Part shown: in pieces, positions 26,919-36,298 of the stretch | Layout of the letters: the number at the start of each line of letters is the position of its first letter | How positions within the stretch are numbered: the first letter of the stretch is position 1 | Assembly: GCA_002359635.1 (NCBI GenBank) | Contig: DENJ01000043.1 | Location: 2,611 to 66,610, forward strand | Direction of reading: 5' to 3' | Source: Burkholderiales bacterium UBA2647 | GTDB taxonomy: Bacteria; Pseudomonadota; Gammaproteobacteria; Burkholderiales; Burkholderiaceae_E | Length of the DNA: 64,000 nucleotides | Translations under genes and position numbers: made by a program | Notes under the pieces: model-generated | Database searches by the model: none | The model's input: the letters and a program-made list of their open reading frames with translations, nothing else | What the model was told of the DNA's origin: nothing

Positions 26919-28910
26919 TTGAACGATATAGAAAAGAAGCTTGAGGAATACATCGAGCAAGAAGAGGGTGCAAGCCACAGGCTCAAGGGTTTTGCGCTTA
27001 TCTTTGTCACATCGCTTGCGATTTTCATGTCCTTGTTTCATCTTTATGCGGCTTACGAGATTGTGCCGACGCAATTGATGCGAAGCGTGCATGTGGCCAT
27101 GGTCTTATGCCTGGTGTTCTTACTTTTTCCATTGACCAAGGCTTTTCGTGACCGGCTGCAATGGTGGGATTTTTGTTTTGCGCTGCTGCCGCTTTATATC
27201 GCCTGGTATATGTATGCAGGCGGCGACGACTTCACCGACCGCAACACGGCACCACTGGCGATGGATATGTGGCTCGGCATCCTGCTGATCGTTCTTATTC
27301 TAGAGGCGGTACGGCGCACAGGCGGCTGGGTGATGGTTGTTGTGACAAGCGGCTTTCTGATTTATGCCCTTTTCGGTGAACACTTTCCTCAACCGTGGAC
27401 CCATAAGGGCTATGACCTCGGGCGACTTGTTGGTCATATGTTCATGACCTTGGAAGGTATTTTCGGGGTTGCTGTAGACGTATCGGCAAGCCTGATTGTG
27501 CTCTTTTCGATTTTTGGCGCTTTCCTGCAATTTTCTGGCGCGGGTAAGTTTTTTATTGATTTTTCCTTTTCAGCCATGGGGGGGCGACCGACCGGCGTCG
27601 GGCGAACCGTGGTGCTCGCCTCTTTTTTACTTGGCGGACCATCCGGTTCAGGCGTTGCTACTACCGTCACCATTGGCACGGTCGCCTATCCGATGCTCGC
27701 CAAGGCAGGCTATGAGAAGCATGCCGCCGGCGGACTCCTAGCAGCAGGGGGACTTGGTGCCATTATTTCCCCACCGGTGCTTGGTGCGGCTGCCTTTCTC
27801 ATTGCAGAGTTCCTTAAGTTGTCCTACCTGGACGTCCTCCTGATGGCCTGCATACCGACCCTTTTGTTTTACGCTTCACTTTTTATCATGGTGGAAATTG
27901 ATGCACGCAAATACGGTATGCGCGAGGCAAGCTTTGATGCGGTTGAGAGCGTTTGGGTGCTTGCCTCCCGGTACTGGTTTCACTTCTTTTCGCTGATCTC
28001 CATCATTGCTTTCATGTTGTTGGGTTTCTCGCCGACGATGTCGGTGCTTTATGCGACCGGCGTAAGCCTTGTGACCAGTTTTTTTCGTGCGGATACCAGC
28101 TTGATTCCTTATGATTTGGGACGGGGTGACGGTCGGCGCTTGTCAGCGAAACTGCTTGATTGGGGCCTGGTAAAGGCTTTGCATGGCGGGGCAGTGGGCA
28201 CGCTTAGCGTGGCTGTAACCTGTGCCTGCGCTGGTCTCATTGTCGGCACCGTGACCTTGACAGGGTTGGGCTTGAAATTTAGCGGGATCGTGATTGACTA
28301 TGCGGCAGGATCGCTCCTGCTCACGGCAATTTATACCGCACTCATCGTGTGGGTTGTGGGTCTTGCGGTTCCCGTGACAGCTTCTTACATCATCTGTGCC
28401 GTGGTCGCAGCGCCAGCACTGATTAAGCTTGGGGTGCCCGACTTCGCAGCTCATATGTTTATTTTTTATTACGCTGTGCTTTCTGAGGTGTCTCCCCCTA
28501 CGGCTTTGTCGCCGTTTGCGGCTGCTGCTATCACGGGTGGTGATCCCTATAAGACAACGTTGCAAAGCTGGAAATACACTTTGCCGGCCTTCCTGGTGCC
28601 TTTCGTATTCGTACTCGACCCGCAAGGCGTCGGGCTTTTGTTGATGGGATCGATGAAGGCACTGGCTGATGCAGATCTTGGTGCGATTGCCTGGATCACA
28701 CTGAGTACAGCATGCGGTATTCTTGCGATGTCAGGTGCATTTCAGGGCTGGCTATGGGTCGAAGTTAAGCTGCTTGAGCGTTTTCTTTTGTTATTCGCTG
28801 GCGTGGCCTTGGTGTTTCGCTTTGAGCATGGGCTTAGTTTAGGATTCATTGCGCTTGGCATCGTGTTGCTTTGGCAGGGGATACGTTCTCGCCAGGTCTC
28901 GAGCGTGTAG
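26919..28910 (+). CDS. TRAP transporter fused permease (TAXI-associated)
   Basis: A 663-aa polytopic membrane protein directly downstream of the TAXI receptor. The TTG start follows GGAG. Confidence 0.88.
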   Translation: MNDIEKKLEEYIEQEEGASHRLKGFALIFVTSLAIFMSLFHLYAAYEIVPTQLMRSVHVAMVLCLVFLLFPLTKAFRDRLQWWDFCFALLPLYIAWYMYAGGDDFTDRNTAPLAMDMWLGILLIVLILEAVRRTGGWVMVVVTSGFLIYALFGEHFPQPWTHKGYDLGRLVGHMFMTLEGIFGVAVDVSASLIVLFSIFGAFLQFSGAGKFFIDFSFSAMGGRPTGVGRTVVLASFLLGGPSGSGVATTVTIGTVAYPMLAKAGYEKHAAGGLLAAGGLGAIISPPVLGAAAFLIAEFLKLSYLDVLLMACIPTLLFYASLFIMVEIDARKYGMREASFDAVESVWVLASRYWFHFFSLISIIAFMLLGFSPTMSVLYATGVSLVTSFFRADTSLIPYDLGRGDGRRLSAKLLDWGLVKALHGGAVGTLSVAVTCACAGLIVGTVTLTGLGLKFSGIVIDYAAGSLLLTAIYTALIVWVVGLAVPVTASYIICAVVAAPALIKLGVPDFAAHMFIFYYAVLSEVSPPTALSPFAAAAITGGDPYKTTLQSWKYTLPAFLVPFVFVLDPQGVGLLLMGSMKALADADLGAIAWITLSTACGILAMSGAFQGWLWVEVKLLERFLLLFAGVALVFRFEHGLSLGFIALGIVLLWQGIRSRQVSSV

Positions 28911-28916
28911 CTATCC

Positions 28917-29600
28917 ATGGACTCAAAACGGCCTGAGCTTGTCACGATTACCCGCGAGTCTTTGCTCAATGATGCTGTTCGCATTCGGCTACAGCAGCAA
29001 TATCATTCAGTCCCATTTTTAACGCCGCAGCAGCAGCAGGACAACCTGGCAGCATGTTTGCGGCATTGGTGCGGCAAAGCGCCGGTTTATGTTTTTGCTT
29101 ATGGTTCCTTGATCTGGAATCCAGCGATCCATTGCGAGGCCGTTGGCACCGGGCGATTGTTTGGTCGACATCGACGCATGGCGATGCGTTCGATTGTCGG
29201 TCGAGGCACGCCGGAGCGGCCAGGCTTAATGCTCACGCTCCTGCCTGGTGGTTGTTGTGATGGTGTGGTTTTAAAGATTGAGCCTTCGAGGGCATTGGAA
29301 GAGCTATCGCTGCTTTGGCGTCGCGAGATGATTTCAGGGTCTTATCGGCCACGGTGGTTGCCGGTGCGGGCAGGCGAGGTTGTCTGGGATTGTCTGGTGT
29401 TTGATCACAACCCTCAACATCCTTCTTTCGTCGGACCGCTCAGCTTTGAACACGAGGTCCAGATTCTCTCGCAGGCCCATGGCCCGCTCGGACCCAATAA
29501 AGACTACATTTATCAGACCGTTCAGGCGCTTGACGCATGGCAACTTCGAGACGCCCGCATGAGTCGCCTGGAAAAAGCACTCCGGGCCCGGGAGCTATAA
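28917..29600 (+). CDS. ChaC-family gamma-glutamylcyclotransferase
   Basis: VFAYGSLIWNP motif, with length and layout typical of ChaC. Confidence 0.8.
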   Translation: MDSKRPELVTITRESLLNDAVRIRLQQQYHSVPFLTPQQQQDNLAACLRHWCGKAPVYVFAYGSLIWNPAIHCEAVGTGRLFGRHRRMAMRSIVGRGTPERPGLMLTLLPGGCCDGVVLKIEPSRALEELSLLWRREMISGSYRPRWLPVRAGEVVWDCLVFDHNPQHPSFVGPLSFEHEVQILSQAHGPLGPNKDYIYQTVQALDAWQLRDARMSRLEKALRAREL

Positions 29601-30749
29601 GGGATCAAAGCTCTTGCGTATCTCCTGGGCGAGCAACTCGCTCTGCTCCAAAGCGGCGAAATGTCCGCCTCGTTGAGCCTCATGCCAGCGAACAATACGG
29701 CGATAGGTTCTTTGCGCAAGGGATCGAGGTGGCTTGAGGATCTCCTTGGGAAATTGACAATATGCTGTTGGGACCTCAATGCCTTCACCTTTGGGGATAA
29801 ACCAAGGCGAATGCAGTCTTGCGTAATAAGGCCAAAAGGATGATCCAATCGACTCGGTAAACCAATAAAACGAAATATTGGCAAGCATCCGATCAAAAGG
29901 AATCACGGACTCAGGCTTGCCATCGCAGTCACTCCAGGCTGCAAATTTTTCGCCAATCCAGGCGGCAAGTCCCAAGGGCGAGTCATTCAAAGCATAGGCA
30001 AGGGTTTGAGGTCGCGTGCCCTGGATCGCTTGATAGCCGGTATCCTCCCGCAAAAAGCTCTCGAGTTCTTGGGCATAGCGCCTTGTGTCCTCATCCATGG
30101 GTTCTTGAAACAAGAGGGCATCACGACGAAGCGGCAAGAGATTAAGGTGTATGCCCTTGACCGATTTTGGATGGCGATAAGCCATCGCTGAGGCAATGAA
30201 TGAGCCCCAGTCGCCACCTTGAACGAAATACGTTTTATATCCTAATACATCACGCATGAATCGATCCAAGAGGTCGGCCATGGCTTCCAGGCCGAGCCTT
30301 TTTTGTGTTTTTCTAAAAGAGAGTCCAAAACCTGGCAGGCTTGGCGCAATCACATGAAAGCTCGACGCACCTGCTTGTGCCGCAGTGAGTTGCGGGATCA
30401 GTTCTAAAAATTCAAAGACTGATCCTGGCCAGCCGTGCAAAAGTAACAGGGGCTTTGAGTCAGGCCTTTCAGCACTTGCGTGGATAAAGTGCAAGTCGAT
30501 GTCCTCAAGCTCAAGTTTCCACTGTGGCAAGGCGTTTAGCCTCGCCTCCTGTTCGCGCCAGTCAAATTCGGCTAACCAGTACTGGTGAAGGTGTTGCAAC
30601 CAATACTTTGGTGTGCCATATCGCCAGTGGCCTTCGGCGGTCTGATCCGGCGCCTCATCGGGCCAGCGCGTCCTTGCAAGTCGGTCGTAAAGATCGTCGA
30701 TGGCGGATGCGGCGATTTGCAGGCGGAAGGGTGTAGGGGCGGTCAACAC
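29595..30749 (-). CDS. Epoxide hydrolase (alpha/beta fold with an EH N-terminal domain)
   Basis: N-terminal FRLQI....IDDLYDRLARTRWPDE, HGWPGSVFEF and the GGDWGS nucleophile elbow. Confidence 0.8.
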   Translation of the reverse strand: MLTAPTPFRLQIAASAIDDLYDRLARTRWPDEAPDQTAEGHWRYGTPKYWLQHLHQYWLAEFDWREQEARLNALPQWKLELEDIDLHFIHASAERPDSKPLLLLHGWPGSVFEFLELIPQLTAAQAGASSFHVIAPSLPGFGLSFRKTQKRLGLEAMADLLDRFMRDVLGYKTYFVQGGDWGSFIASAMAYRHPKSVKGIHLNLLPLRRDALLFQEPMDEDTRRYAQELESFLREDTGYQAIQGTRPQTLAYALNDSPLGLAAWIGEKFAAWSDCDGKPESVIPFDRMLANISFYWFTESIGSSFWPYYARLHSPWFIPKGEGIEVPTAYCQFPKEILKPPRSLAQRTYRRIVRWHEAQRGGHFAALEQSELLAQEIRKSFDPL

Positions 30750-31789
30750 TTAAGCTCCTTGGTCGGAAGTTGCGCTTGTGTTGGTGAAGCGGCTTGCTGA
30801 TTCAGAAAGTCCTGCAAGCCTGCAAGAATTGTTTCGGCGCGCTTTTGCCGGGTGAGCATATGAAAACCCTCTTGCTGCACAAACCATCGGCTGCTTGCGC
30901 TTGGCTGTTGCCTGTTTAGCCACTCGCAGTAGGCTGTTGGCGGAATCACTTCGTCATGCGTACCAATCATGACAAGGCTGCGATGACCCGGTTTGGGCAT
31001 TTGCAGACTTGCTGCTGTCATGAGCTCGGTTAAGCCCGCGATCATCGACACCGGAATATCGCGAAGCATGAAGGGATCCTTGGCCAAATGTTCAGCAACA
31101 GCCGGGTCGTCGGTCGGTCTCACGCCAAGCCGCTTGGCGTTTTTAGAAGATAGCCTAAGGTCTGGTAGCAGTTGTGCCAGCAATTTGAGACTCACGGTTT
31201 GGTACCAGGGCATCGTGCTCCAACCCCAGACAGCCGGTGCGAGCAGCACGCTTTGCATGATCACAGCCCTGGGACGGTTCGATCCGCTTGGCTGCGACGT
31301 ACTTGATGGCGTCGCAACGCTGAAAAACCCTTCGGTTTTTGGGTGGTGCATCGAGATCAGCAGCAGGGCTGCACCCATGCTTTCCCCGATCACATGAATC
31401 GGCCGGCCGGGATATCGTTCTGTAATAAAGAGCAGCACATCATGAAAGTCGGCAAGCATCCGATCGATGCCGGCCCACTGTCCGCGGCTTGGATTCTCGC
31501 CAAAACCGCGCTGGTCAAAGGCAATCAGCAGGCTTTGGCCTGAGAGGTCAAGCACTGGCAGCAAATGCGCAAACCCTCTTGCGTAATCGCTGAAACCGTG
31601 GATCCCAAGGATGATCCTCGCGGGGCTGTTTTGCTGTCCCCAGAGCCGAATTGGCAGGGTCGCCCCATCGCTTGCTGTTAGAGGGATCAGGCGATCTTCC
31701 TGGCGCGGGTTGAATCCAAAGGCATCAAATGGCAAGCTTAGCGCGATGAAGCTGAGCAGTCCCATGAGTCGTTGCGTATAGCGCTTCAT
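30743..31789 (-). CDS. Secreted alpha/beta hydrolase (lysophospholipase-like)
   Basis: HGFSDY and the GESMGAA nucleophile elbow. The signal-like N-terminus begins at Met23. Confidence 0.75.
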   Translation of the reverse strand: MKRYTQRLMGLLSFIALSLPFDAFGFNPRQEDRLIPLTASDGATLPIRLWGQQNSPARIILGIHGFSDYARGFAHLLPVLDLSGQSLLIAFDQRGFGENPSRGQWAGIDRMLADFHDVLLFITERYPGRPIHVIGESMGAALLLISMHHPKTEGFFSVATPSSTSQPSGSNRPRAVIMQSVLLAPAVWGWSTMPWYQTVSLKLLAQLLPDLRLSSKNAKRLGVRPTDDPAVAEHLAKDPFMLRDIPVSMIAGLTELMTAASLQMPKPGHRSLVMIGTHDEVIPPTAYCEWLNRQQPSASSRWFVQQEGFHMLTRQKRAETILAGLQDFLNQQAASPTQAQLPTKELKC

Positions 31790-31821
31790 CGGATCCCAAG
31801 CGAAAAAGTGGAACGCTTCAA

Positions 31822-31995
31822 TCAGCCACTGAACATTAAAAAACAAATCAGCCAAAAGCCAATGGCGGTCGCAGCGGCAATCCAGGGTTTGCTTCGTCGT
31901 GTGCCGATACGTCTTATCTCGAGCATGGCTTTCGCCAGGCTGTATACCGCTGGAACGAGTCCGCAGGCTAATCCGTAAAGGTAGGCAGATGTCAT
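31822..31995 (-). CDS. Possible 57-aa two-TM membrane peptide (below the ORF-track size cutoff)
   Basis: My own translation is MTSAYLYGLACGLVPAVYSLAKAMLEIRRIGTRRSKPWIAAATAIGFWLICFLMFSG*. There is no clear SD, so this is speculative. Confidence 0.25.
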   Translation of the reverse strand: MTSAYLYGLACGLVPAVYSLAKAMLEIRRIGTRRSKPWIAAATAIGFWLICFLMFSG

Positions 31996-32146
31996 GCTGG
32001 CTTGTGTTTACGCAGCTTCCATGCTACGACACTATCGTGAAGATCCCAAGTGAGTCGATGATCACTTTGTTCTTCATCGCAGAAATTTTTCAAAAGGCAG
32101 TGCTTTAACGCCAACCAAGACAGACCAAACGACAGGGATAAAGCAA

Positions 32147-33862
32147 ATGTTTGATACCTTAATTCGCGGCGGCAGCTTAATCGACGGGTCGGGCGCGCCT
32201 CGACGAACCACGGACCTTGGCATCAAGGCAGGCAAGATCGTCGCAATCGGCAAGCTAAGCGAGCCGGCCAATCGCACCATCAATGCCGATGGCCTGATTG
32301 TTTCACCAGGGTTTATCGATGGGCATACCCATATGGATGCGCAGGTGATGTGGGATCCTTTGGGCAGCTGCTCCTGCTACCACGGCGTGACCTCGGTGGT
32401 GATGAGTAATTGTGGCTTCACGCTTGCACCTTGCAAGCCTGAAGACAGAGCATGGTATGCAAACAGCCTTTCTTATGTGGAAGATATTTCGGTTGACGCA
32501 ATGCGCGAGGGCATTGATTGGACATGGGAGTCCTTCTCCGATTATCAGGACGCTGTAAGACGTCGCCCCAAGGCGCTCAATCATGCGATGTATGTGGGTC
32601 ATTCGGCGGTTCGCATGTATGTGATGGGTGCTCGGGCCTTAAGCGAACAGGCGAGCGATGGTGAGATTGCTCAGATGACCGCGATTGTGCTTAATGCCAT
32701 TCGTGCGGGTGCGATCGGGTTTTCGACCTCAAGATCGCACACCCATTTGTCGCCTGACGGCAATCCCGTGGCAAGCCGTATGGCGACATGGCGCGAAATT
32801 GAATCGATTGTGGCTGCTATGGGACGCTTAGGACGTGGAATTTTTCAGATCGCTCCAGATATTTTAAGCCGGAGCAGCAATCTGGAATTCTTAGCGCATA
32901 TGAAGCGGTTTGCGCTTGAGCATAAGGTGCCTGTGATGTTTGGCGTGATTTCCACCAAGCAGGGCGATGATCCGCCGCACTGGCAGGATCAACTAGAAGC
33001 GATTCTGGCCGTACATCAGGCCGGTGGACATATGTATGGCCAGGCGTCAACACGATCCATTAATGCCATTTTTTCGCTGAAGTCCTATTTGCCCTTTGAC
33101 GTGCTTGATGCGTGGAAGCCGATTCGTGCGAAGCCCTTGCATGCACAGCTTGAAGCGCTTCATCAGCCCGATATTCGTGAGACCCTCATCGCCGCTGAGG
33201 CCTTGATGAAGCCTCGCGACAACAAAATGCAAGGCGGTGGAGCAGCAACAACGGATGCGAGAAAACCGGATTACGCGAATTTGTATGTGATGCAAAATGT
33301 CGATTGGCAGGACAAAACAGTCGAAGAGATTGCGCGTCAGCGTGGCAAACATCCGGTGGAAGTGATGATTGATCTTTGTTTAGAAAACAACGATCAAATT
33401 TTTGTGCAACCGATTGTGAATGAATCGCGCGAGGACTTAAGAGCAATCTTGGGCTATGAGCAAATCCTTGCAACCTTCTCCGATTCAGGGGCGCATGTAG
33501 CCCAGGAAATGGGCTCATCCTTGCAAACCCATTTTCTACACTACTGGGTAAATCGGGAAAAGTCCTTCAGCCTTGAGGCTGCGATTAAAAAACTGAGTCA
33601 CGACAATGCATCCGCCTTCGGACTTGCAGCACGGGGCCTGATACGGGAAGGCTATTGGGCAGACTTACTGCTTTTTGAGGCAGACAGGATTCGCCCTGGC
33701 ATGCCGGTGGTGCAATACGACTTGCCAGGGGGTGCACGACGACTGGTTCAAAAAGCCGAAGGTATTCGGCAGGTTTTTGTGAACGGTGCTGAGAGCTTTG
33801 CCAACGGTGAAAGCACGGGTCAATTCACAGGCCAGGTGCTCAATTCGCCACCCAAACTGTGA
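32147..33862 (+). CDS. N-acyl-D-amino-acid deacylase (D-aminoacylase) family amidohydrolase
   Basis: MFDTLIRGGSLIDGSGAP....DLGIKAGKIVAIG, PGFIDGHTH and C-terminal GYWADLLLF. Confidence 0.85.
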   Translation: MFDTLIRGGSLIDGSGAPRRTTDLGIKAGKIVAIGKLSEPANRTINADGLIVSPGFIDGHTHMDAQVMWDPLGSCSCYHGVTSVVMSNCGFTLAPCKPEDRAWYANSLSYVEDISVDAMREGIDWTWESFSDYQDAVRRRPKALNHAMYVGHSAVRMYVMGARALSEQASDGEIAQMTAIVLNAIRAGAIGFSTSRSHTHLSPDGNPVASRMATWREIESIVAAMGRLGRGIFQIAPDILSRSSNLEFLAHMKRFALEHKVPVMFGVISTKQGDDPPHWQDQLEAILAVHQAGGHMYGQASTRSINAIFSLKSYLPFDVLDAWKPIRAKPLHAQLEALHQPDIRETLIAAEALMKPRDNKMQGGGAATTDARKPDYANLYVMQNVDWQDKTVEEIARQRGKHPVEVMIDLCLENNDQIFVQPIVNESREDLRAILGYEQILATFSDSGAHVAQEMGSSLQTHFLHYWVNREKSFSLEAAIKKLSHDNASAFGLAARGLIREGYWADLLLFEADRIRPGMPVVQYDLPGGARRLVQKAEGIRQVFVNGAESFANGESTGQFTGQVLNSPPKL

Positions 33863-34112
33863 GGGCGCCGCAAAGGCTAATGATCAATAGCTGTCCGAGG
33901 TGTTTCCGGAAGGCTAAGTCTTCACGAATCGCCTCGAGTTGATCCGGACCGAGGCTGTTCTTAAGTTCAACAGGAAGTCTGGCGTTTCCGGATACCCAAA
34001 GCGCAAGTCCGAGGGCGAAGGTCAGCAAGATACCAACAGTGACTAACATGACAAGACTCCGTGAGCGGATGGTTTTCAAGAAGACGATCAAATTGTTAAC
34101 GGTATCAAGCAT
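33840..34112 (-). CDS. Hypothetical 90-aa membrane protein
   Basis: Two hydrophobic segments. Only 27 bp separate its start from the divergent fliG-like start, and its 3' end overlaps the deacylase gene, so reality is uncertain. Confidence 0.35.
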   Translation of the reverse strand: MLDTVNNLIVFLKTIRSRSLVMLVTVGILLTFALGLALWVSGNARLPVELKNSLGPDQLEAIREDLAFRKHLGQLLIISLCGALTVWVAN

Positions 34113-34139
34113 GCATGACTGCTGCTGCGTCGCACCATA

Positions 34140-35174
34140 ATGCCCCGAATTCCCGACCTTAGCGTGAGCCCATTTGTACTCGACGGTCCCGGAAAAGCTG
34201 CGGTGGTCTTGCTGGCACTTGGACCCGAGATGGCGGCGGTGGTGCTTAAATGTTTAAGCAACGCTGAGATCAAGCTCATCAGTTCGCGGTTGATCGCTGT
34301 TCGCAGCCTGGATAAGGTCATGTGGACCGAGGTCTTGCGCGATTTTCGGGAAGCGAGTCTTTTGCAGCCGCTGCTCGCGGTGGATGCTGATCAATTTGTG
34401 GCACGTGCGCTTGACCATCATGATGAAAACCGTGCAGCGCCAGATTTCCGTGAACGCTACCTCACCATCATCGATCAGCAGGCGCTCGATGCGGCCAATG
34501 GCATGGATGCCGATCTGCTCTATGAGCAACTTAAGGATGAGCACCCTCAGATCATCGCAACCATGCTGGCGCTCCTGTCCTCAACAAAGGCTGCGGCCTT
34601 GGGCAGTTTGTTTGATGATGAGCTACGAAACGAGTTACTGCTTCGGGTCGCTTTACTCGATTATGTCCATCCGATGGCGCTTGAGGATGTTAACGCCTCG
34701 CTTTGCGCCATGACGCTCGAGCCTGTTGAAAAACGCAGCAGGCGCGGGGGTATAAAAACCAGTGCCAGCTTGATCAATGCCTTCGACGAGCCGCTTGATG
34801 AAGAAGCCCTTGAGCGAATCAGACAGCATCAGCCGGCGCTTGCTCAAGGGGTTGAGTCGGCACGATTTGTATTCGAGGACTTGCGCCATATTCAAGCACG
34901 ATCGCGACAGACGCTCGTCGCCTCGGTAAGCACTGACGAGCTTGCACTCGCGATGCAGTCATGCTCTGATGCATTAATACGCTGCTTATTGGAAGCGATG
35001 ACGACCCCGCTTGCTGATGCCGTGCGCGAAGCCATGACACTTGTTCAGGCAAAGCAAACCAGTGATTCAATCGCAGCGCAGCAGCGCATCCTCGCGATCG
35101 GCCGAAGCCTTCATCGTCAGGGGCAGATTCAGCTTAAAGTTGTTTCAGCGAATCCTGATCCACGCATGACATAG
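34140..35174 (+). CDS. fliG: Flagellar rotor protein FliG homologue, with no flagellar neighbours
   Basis: End-to-end resemblance to FliG: GKAAVVLLALGPEMAAVVLKCLSNAEIKLIS, DEHPQIIATMLALL..LFDDELRNELLLRVA, KRSRRGGIKTSASLIN and RFVFEDL. Confidence 0.85.
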   Translation: MPRIPDLSVSPFVLDGPGKAAVVLLALGPEMAAVVLKCLSNAEIKLISSRLIAVRSLDKVMWTEVLRDFREASLLQPLLAVDADQFVARALDHHDENRAAPDFRERYLTIIDQQALDAANGMDADLLYEQLKDEHPQIIATMLALLSSTKAAALGSLFDDELRNELLLRVALLDYVHPMALEDVNASLCAMTLEPVEKRSRRGGIKTSASLINAFDEPLDEEALERIRQHQPALAQGVESARFVFEDLRHIQARSRQTLVASVSTDELALAMQSCSDALIRCLLEAMTTPLADAVREAMTLVQAKQTSDSIAAQQRILAIGRSLHRQGQIQLKVVSANPDPRMT

Positions 35175-35421
35175 CGCGGCAAGTCTTCTGCGATGCATGC
35201 GCTTAAACCATCGCATCGTCGGCAGTTGATCGCCACTGCCTCAATCGATCGCCTCTTTGTAATTCCTTGTTGACACACTCAGGTAATCGGCCTGTCAAAT
35301 CCTGTCCCGGTTAGGATCTCCGGCAAAGACAGCGAAACGCTGCATGCTCAGGGGGTTTTTGATGTGTGGGCGATGTTATGGAAAGTACCCATGGTTCGTC
35401 CTTCTTTAAGGGTTTTTAAGC

Positions 35422-35865
35422 ATGTCGACTGTGCGTGATTGCCTCAGCCGTAAAGGCGCCAAGGTTTTTTCCCTTCCTGCGTCTGCCACGGTCTTTGAGG
35501 CCTTGGTATTGATGCGTGAAACAAAAATCCGATCCGTGCTTGTGATGGACGGTGAGAAGCTCGAGGGGATTCTCTCTCAGGGTGACTGTGCGATGAAGGT
35601 GCTTTACCTGGGCCTTGATTCCAAAACCGTCTTGTTGTCCTCAGTGATGACGGCAGACCCCATCAGCGTTAAGCCGAGCGATCTGACCGATCATTGTATG
35701 AAGATCATGGCAGAACGCCGTATCCGGCATTTGCCAGTGCTCGATCATGGCAAGGTCATCGGGATGGTATCGGTTGGCGACATTGTGAAGGAACTCTTGT
35801 TGCAACAAGAGCAACATATTAAATATCTTGAAACTTATATCAAAGGTCATGCCTTGGAGTACTGA
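35422..35865 (+). CDS. Stand-alone CBS-pair domain protein
   Basis: Two CBS repeats (…IRSVLVMDGEKLEGILSQGD…; …IRHLPVLDHGKVIGMVSVGDIV…). Confidence 0.85.
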   Translation: MSTVRDCLSRKGAKVFSLPASATVFEALVLMRETKIRSVLVMDGEKLEGILSQGDCAMKVLYLGLDSKTVLLSSVMTADPISVKPSDLTDHCMKIMAERRIRHLPVLDHGKVIGMVSVGDIVKELLLQQEQHIKYLETYIKGHALEY

Positions 35866-35900
35866 GACAGGGCGCATGACGCTTTAATGAAGCATTTCAC

Positions 35901-36278
35901 ATGGATCGCCTGATTTCATTCACTGAAAAGGCCATTCTTTTGTTGGTTGCCTGCTTTACGGTCTATGGTGTCGCCATGGAAATGCTCAAGGTCTTTTCAA
36001 CAGGAAAGGTTGAGCTCACCGATTTGCTTTTGATGTTTATTTATGCCGAGGTTTTGGGTATGGTTGGTGCTTTTTACAAAAGCAATACCATACCGATTTC
36101 GATACCGATTTTCATCGCCGTCACTGCGCTTTGCCGGCTTGTGATCCTTCAAGGCAAGGAGGCCAGTGCGATCAATCTCATTTATGAAGCAGGTGCTGTG
36201 CTCCTTCTTGCGATTGCCGCTTATGTGATTCGATTGAAATCACCGCCCGGAAAAAGTGACGTGCAATCAGATCATTGA
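35901..36278 (+). CDS. PsiE-like (phosphate-starvation-inducible E family) membrane protein
   Basis: A 125-aa protein with four hydrophobic segments. LLLMFIYAEVLGMV and IAVTALCRLVIL resemble PsiE-family motifs as I recall them. Confidence 0.65.
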   Translation: MDRLISFTEKAILLLVACFTVYGVAMEMLKVFSTGKVELTDLLLMFIYAEVLGMVGAFYKSNTIPISIPIFIAVTALCRLVILQGKEASAINLIYEAGAVLLLAIAAYVIRLKSPPGKSDVQSDH

Positions 36279-36298
36279 AGCTGTCTTGTGTTGCTGAC

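Noticed and set aside
26722-26922. A 66-aa ORF (…CCLWGYCCLWGF…) between the TAXI receptor and permease genes
   Set aside because: The striking Cys/Trp repeat is simply the translation of the 18-19-bp tandem DNA repeat. The ORF has a TTG start, no SD and no family resemblance.
34140-36278. The idea that FliG-like, CBS-pair and membrane proteins form a split MgtE-type Mg2+ channel (MgtE has a FliG-like N-domain, CBS domains and a TM domain)
   Set aside because: The first protein matches genuine FliG along all three domains (EHPQ, GG, MFxF regions), not just the MgtE N-domain. The membrane protein looks PsiE-like rather than like the MgtE pore. A 247-bp gap separates fliG from the CBS gene. The idea is attractive but unsupported.
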